A stretch of DNA of 6,658 nucleotides from Octopus sinensis (Eukaryota). Under the pieces are notes generated by a model, which did not search any database, was not told the origin of the DNA, and saw only the letters and a program-made list of their open reading frames with translations. Positions 1 through 6,658 of this stretch are shown one piece after another. Position 1 is the stretch's first letter. The number at the start of each line of letters is the position of its first letter. The stretch spans positions 1 through 6,658 of the forward strand of contig NW_021829276.1 in assembly GCF_006345805.1 (NCBI RefSeq), given 5' to 3'. A program made the translations under genes and the position numbers.

Positions 1-133
1 AATGATTTAAACGTATTAAAGGTGATGATTAATGAATATATAGAAATAAATTGATAATTATCAAAATAGGATTCTGTGTAAATAACATAGGAGACTGACC
101 CTTCTATTGTACCAGATAGAGGAACTGTTGAAT

Positions 134-142
134 CACACACAC

Positions 143-181
<39 letters not shown>

Positions 182-217
182 AAACACACACACACATATA
201 TATATGTATATATATAT
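134..217. repeat. Compound (CA)n/(TA)n microsatellite
   Basis: Short CA run from 134, pure (TA)n at ~144-177, CA run at ~184-197, TA-rich run at ~198-217; read directly from the sequence. Confidence 0.95.
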
Positions 218-289
218 AAAAGTATTAGTTGCAAAACGCATTACACCTCTCATGATTCCTCTGTCCTTCACTAATTTTAAGAACATTCT

Positions 290-874
290 TCTTTCATTAC
301 TTTCTCGTTCTCCATTTTGGACTCTGCTCCGTCTCTCAATCTCTGTTTTCCTCCCCACTGTCTGTCTGTCTGTCTGTCTCTCTCTCTGTCTCTCTCTGCC
401 ACACATTCATTCCTTTCTCTCTTTCTTTACCACTTTCTCCCTTATCACCGTTCGTTTTTTATTTTTTTAACTTTTAGTGTCTCTCACGTCCTTGTCCTCA
501 CTTTCCACATCTCCCTGCTTCTTTCTTTCCGTCTCTCAATCACTCTACCTCTGTTCTGTGTCTTTCTCTCTTTCTATGTTCCCTCGCTCACTCTCTCTCC
601 CTCTCCTCTCTCTCTCTCTCTTTCTCTCTTCTCTTTCTCTGTATCACTCTGCTCTGTTTTCTTTAATGTCCCTTCTCATCTCTCTCTCTCTCTCTCTCTC
701 TCTATTAAGCATCTTCTCTATCCTTTCTCTCTTTCACTTTATTCCCCTTCCTCTGAGCTCCCAGCTTCTTCATTCGTATCTCTTACTTCATCTATTTTCC
801 TCCCTCTCTCTCCCTCCTCTTCTTCTTTCTCTGTGTGCACTCTCTACCTCTCTTTTTCATTTAATGTCTAGGTG

Positions 875-914
<40 letters not shown>

Positions 915-1349
915 GCATCTTCTCTATCATTTCTCTCTTTCACTTTATTCCCCTTCCTCTGAGCTCCCAGCTTCTTCATTCGTATCTCTTACTTTATCTA
1001 TTTTCCTACCCCTCTCTCTCTCTCTCCTCTTCTTCTTTCTCTGTGTGCACTCTCTACCTCTCTTTTTCATTTAATGTCTAGGTGCCTTCTCTCTCTGTCT
1101 CTCCCTCTCTCTCTCTCTATTTCACCTTTCCCCAAGTATCTGACTATCTCACTCACATTCTCTCTCGCTGACTCCCCTTTTATATAACACCCCCTGTTTA
1201 TTCTGAGCCCTTCTCTCTTCCCATTCCTGCCATCTACAATTCTCAGCATGCTATATAACCCTCTTTCCGATTATCCTTACTATCTCTCTCTCTTCCAATC
1301 TTTCCCTTACATTCTCGATGCATTCCCTCTCTCTCTCTCTCTCTCGCTT

Positions 1350-1392
<43 letters not shown>

Positions 1393-1400
1393 CTATATAT
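290..1400. repeat. Polypyrimidine low-complexity tract with (CT)n and (CTGT)n runs
   Basis: The + strand is overwhelmingly C/T, with long pure (CT)n runs at ~678-703, ~879-910 and ~1327-1388. It explains the Ser/Leu-rich ORFs in the track. Confidence 0.95.
706..1090. repeat. Near-identical tandem duplication, unit ~206-210 bp
   Basis: TAAGCATCTTCTCTATC...GAGCTCCCAGCTTCTTCATTCGTATCTC...GTGTGCACTCTCTACC...TTTAATGTCTAGGTGCCTT occurs at 706-878 and 912-1088. By eye there are ~2 substitutions plus CT-length variation, and the copies are separated by a (CT)n run. Confidence 0.95.
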
Positions 1401-1547
1401 CTTTCCTGTTCATTCACTCTCATACACAGACATCACTAACAAATTCCCTTTCATCAGTCAATCTTTTCAACAACGAAGTCGTTTTATGAATTTTCATTGA
1501 CTTTCCCCACCTCATGTCTTACTTTTTATCGATTAGGTAGTATACTG

Positions 1548-1834
<287 letters not shown>

Positions 1835-1968
1835 CTACCTACCTACCTACTTACATACCTACCAACCTACCTACCTACCTACCTACCTACCTACCTACCA
1901 ACCTACCTACCTACCTACCACCTACCTACCTACCTGCCTGCCTGCCTGCCTGCCTACCTACCTACCTA
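1835..1968. repeat. (CCTA)n microsatellite with internal (CCTG)n block
   Basis: CCTA units from ~1835, a CCTG block at ~1933-1953, then CCTA again. Confidence 0.95.
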
Positions 1969-2069
1969 ACAAACTACTTATATATGCATTTCCGTGTATG
2001 TTCGTGTGTGAAAACGTATGAGTGTGTGTATCAAATAATCAATTTATCGACAATCAGCAACATTTGATA

Positions 2070-2170
2070 TGTGTGTGTGTGTGTATGTGTGGTGTGTGTG
2101 TGTGTGGTGTGTGTGTGTGCGTGTGAGTGTGTGTGTGTGTGTATACACATACATAACTATTTACTCACCC

Positions 2171-2198
<28 letters not shown>
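2070..2198. repeat. (GT)n followed by (ACAT)n microsatellites
   Basis: Interrupted GT array at 2070-2142; ACAT array at 2171-2198. Confidence 0.95.
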
Positions 2199-2201
<3 letters not shown>

Positions 2202-2249
2202 AACAGTTGCTGCTGTTTTGATCCGCATTTGGTACATCCTATCAGTGCG

Positions 2250-2325
2250 ACAGAGACGTGATTTACGCCTATTGAAATGCTTAGAGGCGGAAATCACCCC
2301 TCTTTGCTGACGTCAAAAAACGCAA
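2250..2325. promoter_or_regulatory. Possible cis-regulatory patch with a full CRE palindrome
   Basis: TGACGTCA at 2308-2315, GGCGGAAA (E2F/ETS-like) at 2286-2293 and GACGTG at ~2255, in a locally CpG-rich patch within AT-rich DNA. Motif match only; no TSS evidence. Confidence 0.25.
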
Positions 2326-3222
2326 AATATTGAATCTAAATTGTTTGTGCATTCGAAACTCTAATTTTAATATAAAATATAACCAGTTTAATAACAAAGA
2401 ATCTTTGTTAGAATTTGAAACGTATTTACAACTTTACTTCTATTTCCAAGTTTCAGAAAAATCAAATTTATGTGTTCCTAATTGGGTAAATTTTTGACAA
2501 TTAGGTTGTAATACTTACTCTAAGTTGAATAAATAATTGTTTAATATTGTTTAACTAAAAGCGTTTATTTTTAAATTACTTTATTTTCTATTCCGCAAAC
2601 ACAGTATATGCCTACTTTCTACGATATTTATATTTACGTGAATGTCTTCTCTATAAACTACTTTCCTAGTTAAGTTTCTGAATTCATCATAATAATATGT
2701 CTTTCTTACTATAAAAAGAAATTCTCTTCGATCTGCAAATAACACCAGATTTGTTGGAACAGCCACTCTGCTAGTAGCAGTATATTTGAACACAGATAAG
2801 GAAGATACAATCGGAACATTTTAAACGTAGTCCTTGACTTTTATTATTCGACAACTCGAAAGCAGGTCTAACAGTAAATCGCATCTATTTAGAGTGAATG
2901 GTAACTAGGTGTGAAACGGCTGTTGAGAAATCACGCGAATCACATGTATCTCTCCAGCTTCAACCCCGTTGATTTTGCTGTCAGTTAGTAAATCGTGTGT
3001 AGCACTGAGAACCTGTGTATCGTGTACAATTGAAGAGGTCGTATCAGAGATCTAAGTTTTTGAGAAGCATTACGGGAGCTAACTTAACATGACTATAGCA
3101 GTTGCATAGAGATCTTCGTCGTTAGCAGTTATCCGTACAGCAATCTCATTGCATGTAGGTAAGTTGTGACTCCTGGATTCTTAGCCACCTGGTTTTCTTG
3201 TTAACATGTAATCAAACAAAAA

Positions 3223-3590
3223 CAGCGAGCTGACAGAAACGTTGGCGCGCCGGACGAAAAGCTTTGCGATATTTCGTCTGCCGTTACGTTCTGAATTCAA
3301 ATTCCGCTGAGGTCGACTTTACCTTTCATCCTTTTGGAGTCGATAATAAGTACCAGTTACGTACTGGGGTCGATATAATCGACTTAATCCGTTTTGTCTG
3401 TCCTTGTTTGTCCCCTCTGTGTGTAGTCCTTTGTGTGTAGTAAAGAAATAGGTATTTCGTCTGCCGCTACGTTCTGAGTTCAAATTCCGCCGAGGTCGAC
3501 TTTGCCTTTCATCCTTTCGGGGTCGATAAATTAAGTACCAGCTTTGTCCACTCTATTTTTAGCCCCTTGTGGACATTAAAAAAATAAGAA
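3223..3590 (+). mobile_element. tRNA-derived SINE, partial tandem dimer (octopus-type; Deu/Nin-like body motif)
   Basis: A-box-like TGACAGAAACGTTGG at 3231-3245; B-box-like GAATTCAAATTCC at 3293-3305 and GAGTTCAAATTCC at 3476-3488. The block TATTTCGTCTGCCG...GTACCAG is repeated at 3270-3356 and 3453-3541, and the element has an A-rich end. GCCTTTCATCCTTTCGGGGTCGATAAATTAAGTACCAG resembles the Deu/Nin conserved SINE domain as I recall it; family not database-verified. Confidence 0.88.
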
Positions 3591-3726
3591 GCAGTCTTTG
3601 GATTTGTGCTGCCATCGATTTGTTTTTGAACAGACAAGTATTATTGCGAATAACTGTTGCTTGTTGAAACTACAGAGGAATGAAACATACGGAAAACAAT
3701 AGTATCAAGTCCTTCTCTTCAATTAC

Positions 3727-3778
3727 CCCTGCAGCTGGTTTCTGTATTTACTGTCAGATTTATTCTTCCGAATGATAA
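3727..3778 (-). other. Candidate 52-nt internal exon of an unidentified minus-strand transcript
   Basis: On the minus strand: CTAAC branch-like motif at 3802-3798, then CTGTCTTTACATTTTACAG (AG at 3780-3779), 52 nt, then GG|GTAATT (GT at 3726-3725). Two frames are open, but no protein was recognised. Confidence 0.3.
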
Positions 3779-4048
3779 CTGTAAAATGTAAAGACAGGTT
3801 AGCGCGTAAATCTAGAGACATGTTGACAGTATTTCTTCGAGCACCAAAAAATTTATAAAAAACTCAGCTGATTCAAAATGTGGAAATGTCACATGCGAGT
3901 GTAGCATCGTTTGTTTTCATGCTACACATAGCCATAATGTTGAAGCACCGAATGCTTCTTTTGTAATATTTTGCTTCTGCTATATCAAGTATGAACAATC
4001 GCTGTAATTCATTAATCTGGTGTATCTGTAGAGTGCGAGATGAATAAG

Positions 4049-4248
4049 TTACGGAGATGTACTTGCATAGCAAGTAACCTGATCTGAGATCGTGTGCTGG
4101 AACGAAAACAATTGCAGCGTGGAAGGTGTTTATAAGTTATTTAAGAAACACACAAAAACCGTTAGATTCTCTTCAATATTTAAATTTAATTTGTCAAAAT
4201 ATTTTTCGCTTTGAGGCCGCTACCTGTTCACTGACAAAATTTCATGCT
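4049..4248 (-). mobile_element. Copy A of a hammerhead-bearing ~145-bp repeat plus 3' tail (probable PLE pseudo-LTR segment)
   Basis: 4105-4248 aligns to 4555-4701 with 9 substitutions and 2 indels (~92%, hand alignment). Including 4049-4104 is inferred from continuity and a terminal hairpin, and is not proven within this window. Confidence 0.7.
4190..4238 (-). ncRNA. Degenerate hammerhead-like motif A (G3-C8 variant; stem II/G12 damaged)
   Basis: Minus strand UUUGUCA-GUGAACA-G-GUAGC-GGCCUCAAA-GCGA(--)AAAAUAUUU-UGACAAA. Stem I is a perfect 7 bp, but a 2-nt CG deletion and a C>A change break stem II and G12 relative to copy B. Confidence 0.55.
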
Positions 4249-4252
4249 ATAA

Positions 4253-4255
<3 letters not shown>

Positions 4256-4293
<38 letters not shown>
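4256..4293. repeat. (TA)n microsatellite
   Basis: About 19 pure TA units directly abutting the 4294-4496 unit. Confidence 0.97.
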
Positions 4294-4297
<4 letters not shown>

Positions 4298-4496
4298 ATC
4301 CAAACATGAAAACACAACAACGCGAGGACGTGGAACAAATATAGTATTATTGGACGCTCAGGAAGGAAGGGAAGAAGGAGGGTTTAACGTTTCGAGCGGA
4401 GCTCTTCGTCGGAAACAGGAGAAGGAAAGATCCAGAGAAGGGAAGACAGAGGAAAAAATATCGCCAACGGTACACACGCGGTCTCATTTTGAATGG
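4294..4496 (-). mobile_element. ~200-bp microsatellite-flanked hammerhead-containing element (PLE pseudo-LTR / retrozyme-like non-autonomous unit)
   Basis: A complex-sequence island between (TA)n and (TATG)n, pyrimidine-rich on the minus strand, with a central minimal hammerhead and no coding capacity. Confidence 0.75.
4382..4416 (-). ncRNA. Minimal type I hammerhead ribozyme
   Basis: Minus strand GUUU-CCGACGA-A-GAGC-UCC-GCUC-GAAA-C-GU-U-AAAC. Stem I GUUU/AAAC; core CCGACGA (U4C versus CUGANGA) plus one inserted A; stem II GAGC/GCUC; GAAA; loop-less palindromic stem III ACGU. Predicted cleavage after GUU, between 4386 and 4385. Confidence 0.82.
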
Positions 4497-4552
4497 ATAT
4501 ATATGTATGTATTATGTATGTATGTATGTATGTATGTATGTATGTATGTATA
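4497..4552. repeat. (TATG)n microsatellite
   Basis: ATAT lead-in followed by a TATG array to ~4550. Confidence 0.95.
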
Positions 4553-4554
4553 CA

Positions 4555-4701
4555 AAAACAATTGCAGCGTGGAAGGTGTTTATAAGCCATTTAAGAAACA
4601 CACAAAAACCGTTAGATTCACTTCAACATTTAAATTTAATTTGTTCAAAATATTTTCGTCGCTTTGAGACCGCGACCCGTTCACTGACAAAATTCCGTGC
4701 T
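4555..4701 (-). mobile_element. Copy B of the hammerhead-bearing ~145-bp repeat
   Basis: Direct repeat of 4105-4248 (~92% identity), contiguous with the decayed PLE-like frame on its right. Confidence 0.8.
4640..4691 (-). ncRNA. Variant minimal hammerhead-like motif B (G3-C8 swapped core)
   Basis: Minus strand UUUGUCA-GUGAACG-G-GUCGC-GGUCUCAAA-GCGAC-GAAA-AUAUU-U-UGA(A)CAAA. Stem II is a perfect 5 bp followed by GAAA; stem III is the palindrome AAUAUU; stem I is 7 bp with one bulged A. Position 9 is G here and A in copy A. Confidence 0.62.
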
Positions 4702-5399
4702 TACCGCAAATGCCAAAGTAAGGACCGGCCGATGTTTCTGCAATGCGGTTTTCCATCAACAGTAATGTGTTACAACGACTGCATCTTATGCCCATTAAAC
4801 CAGAACTATAACAGATTAAATTGACAGCTACTTCTAGGACTGAGTGTGCCACGACGTTGTACCTCATTCAGCCTTCTTTGTTTTGTCGAATATATCTATT
4901 CTAAGCATTCTGTTCGCTAATCTGAAATAAATCGCTGGTGTGCCTGATGATGATGCACAATATCTTGTTTTAAAATCTGCTTCGGTTTTTTTTTTCTTCA
5001 GAAAGTAGTAATACTGTTTAGGCTTTTGTGTCGAAATAGTCCTCCTTGGTCTTCCAAAAAACTGATGCCATGTTTCTCTATGCGGCCCAGCATTTTGAGC
5101 AGCATAACGTTCTCACTACTCTTCAGCACTCTGTTTATGTGCTTTTCTTTGTTACGCAATATTTTGTTTTAAATTACACTCAAGCTGCTCTTAACAAAAG
5201 TCTTTTGAGCCGTGTATGTCGTACAACATTTTCAGCCAAATCCGTTCTCGATGTTCTTTAGAATGGTGTTCTTAAGCACATCATTTTCAACCTGTATTTG
5301 CTTGTTTTAAATTTTCTTTGTTTCAGCCATTCTCTGTACCTTTGTTCCCTCCTGTGTTCTTACTGCTTCTATGCGAAGCATTTTGCCTTTTTCCACCAT
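4702..5399 (-). pseudogene. Heavily decayed Penelope-like element ORF 3' end (RT thumb / linker / GIY-YIG endonuclease-like)
   Basis: One minus frame with scattered stops gives IENGF (ENGF at 5249-5238; cf. thumb-end NGY), LGRIEKHGI (KHGI at 5075-5064; cf. linker RILxKHGI), RRLNE (4877-4863) and NGHK (4796-4785). An adjacent frame gives FQISxxxxxxxYIRQ (4927-4883), matching the spacing of GIY-YIG YxIxCxxCxxxYIGQT. Motif order and spacing fit a PLE C-terminus ending at a hammerhead, but several frameshifts must be assumed. Confidence 0.5.
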
Positions 5400-5465
5400 A
5401 TTTGGTTATTTGCTGAGTAAAAAATGTTTGAACCAACAGAAATTGCAATACACAGGGAATCCAGT

Positions 5466-5560
5466 AGATGCGATAGTGCTAAATGGCTATGAAGTTCGTT
5501 TAACAACCGCTAAGTCCGGGGTTCGATACCACTGCGTGGTCTCCTGCACAAATTTCACTT
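5466..5560 (+). mobile_element. Decayed tRNA-derived SINE head
   Basis: Perfect B-box GGTTCGATACC at 5520-5530, with an A-box-like TAGTGCTAAATGG (5474-5486) ~33 nt upstream. No complete cloverleaf; it is truncated by the next SINE. Confidence 0.5.
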
Positions 5561-5568
5561 TTTCCAGT

Positions 5569-5811
5569 GGAGGTGCTTGGGTTAGTGGTTAGGGTGTTGG
5601 ACTCATGATCGTAAGATTGTGGTTTCGATTCCTAAACCAAGCGATGCGTTGTTTTCTTGAGCAAAACACTTCATTTCACATAGCACCCTTCCACTCAACT
5701 GGTAAGAATAGATAATCCAGCGACAGACCGGCGTCCCGTCGAGTGAGCCATGGGAATCGGGAAACCGGCCCTTATGAGTCGATATGATTCGATAAGGCAA
5801 ATTTACCTTAC
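5569..5811 (+). mobile_element. tRNA-derived SINE (CORE-like central segment; octopus-type)
   Basis: A-box TGGGTTAGTGG at 5578-5588 and B-box GGTTTCGATTCC at 5621-5632 at tRNA spacing. These are followed by TTCTTGAGCAAAACACTTCATTTCAC (resembles the CORE-SINE motif CCTTGGGCAAGTCACTT from recall) and a GC-richer body ending ~5811. Confidence 0.85.
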
Positions 5812-6388
5812 GTTAATTGCAATAGAAAGGAAGAGAGAAAATTATGAAACGTACGTAAACCAATTCCCATTACATGTACTGCCATACGTAACTTTGATAT
5901 GGTTTGTTATTTATATATTCATTTCATAAATAACAAATTGTTTTTATAACCAATAAAATTCTTCTACACACATAATTTAACAAACTGAGTATTGATTATT
6001 TTCTGATCTCATTGTGCTAAAATCTGAAATATTTCAACTAAAATAAATATTATATCAAGAATAAATGGTTTTATGCTACCATCCATATGACAAAAATTAC
6101 TTCTTCGGGTATTCTATTGCCTTATAAAATACCCGAATATTATTCCAATAAATATATACATACTTAATGTAAAATATTGATAATTCTTTATAAAATTGTT
6201 CTTTACGTAGTTAAGCTTCTGTTTTCATAATCAAGATGGGTCTTTCTGACAGATATGAAAAGGCTTAGATGCTGAATCTGGCAGAGTTGAAGAAGACTTA
6301 GCTGTTGATTCTCGCTGGTTGAGTAACCAAAACCATATCTGCGGCACCAGTTGGTGGTGCTATGAGCATTGTCTTCAATTCTGATAAC

Positions 6389-6424
6389 AAAAATAAAATA
6401 AAATAAAATAAAATAAAATAAATA
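6389..6424. repeat. (AAAAT)n pentanucleotide microsatellite
   Basis: About 7 AAAAT units, read directly. Confidence 0.93.
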
Positions 6425-6658
6425 TTTGTAAATATATCTTGGTTTGAACGTCGAACGGATGGGTAGACAAACTCGGTTGCTAGTATAATATAGATGGTTT
6501 TCGGAAAAAAGATGAAGGGAAAACATGAGGGAAATTCGAACTTTGAATTACGGAAACGAAATCAAATAAAGCAAGTTCTATCTCATGCTCTGACAACTCT
6601 TTTATGCATATGAAATGGCTCCTAAATTTATAGTTTTCTCTGCGTCTAAATCTATCCA

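Noticed and set aside
2581-2793. 70-aa minus-strand ORF (MFKYTATSRV...)
   Set aside because: No recognisable motif, weak splice signals, and a length expected by chance.
4078-4115. Plus-strand CTGATCTGAG...CGAAA as a fourth hammerhead
   Set aside because: No stem II can form before GAAA, and there is no stem I.
4105-4701. CRISPR array or LTR retrotransposon interpretation of the direct repeats
   Set aside because: There are only two long, diverged copies in a eukaryotic context, with no TG...CA ends, PBS/PPT or spacer pattern.
4699-4706. Minus-strand donor GCG|GTAAGC at the edge of repeat B
   Set aside because: A single motif match inside a decayed element, with no supportable upstream exon.
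4580-4867. 95-aa minus ORF with CYSSGLMGIRCSRC, superficially like the start of a GIY-YIG domain
   Set aside because: It lacks the IY and YIG residues and leaves too little room before the hammerhead. A better-spaced GIY-YIG-like match lies at 4935-4863 in other frames, and openness through repeat B depends on a 1-nt indel absent in copy A.
4943-4952. CTGATGA hammerhead core heptamer on the + strand
   Set aside because: No downstream stem II or GAAA.
5569-5640. Genuine tRNA gene
   Set aside because: A and B boxes are present, but acceptor and anticodon stems do not pair and the sequence continues into a SINE body.
6280-6390. Possible decayed fragment of another octopus repeat on the minus strand
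   Set aside because: Only a vague recalled resemblance; no internal evidence such as boxes, TSD or a second copy.

Overview
AT-rich, microsatellite-laden eukaryotic non-coding DNA with no intact protein-coding gene. The SINE and repeat families look like the abundant Octopus (cephalopod) repeats as I recall them; this is recognition, not a database result. Positions 1-2200 are compound microsatellites and a pyrimidine-rich tract containing a recent ~208-bp tandem duplication. Two clear tRNA-derived SINEs (3223-3590, a partial dimer; 5569-5811) and a decayed SINE head flank the main point of interest: a minus-strand Penelope-like element (PLE) cluster at ~4049-5400. Read 5'->3' on the minus strand, it contains a heavily decayed RT-thumb/linker/GIY-YIG-like frame, hammerhead-like motif B, (CATA)n, a ~200-bp unit with a near-canonical minimal hammerhead ribozyme, (TA)n, and hammerhead-like motif A. 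A and B are two ~92%-identical copies of a ~145-bp repeat. Their consensus folds as a minimal type I hammerhead whose C3-G8 core pair is swapped to G3-C8. Most ORFs in the supplied track are artefacts of simple repeats.
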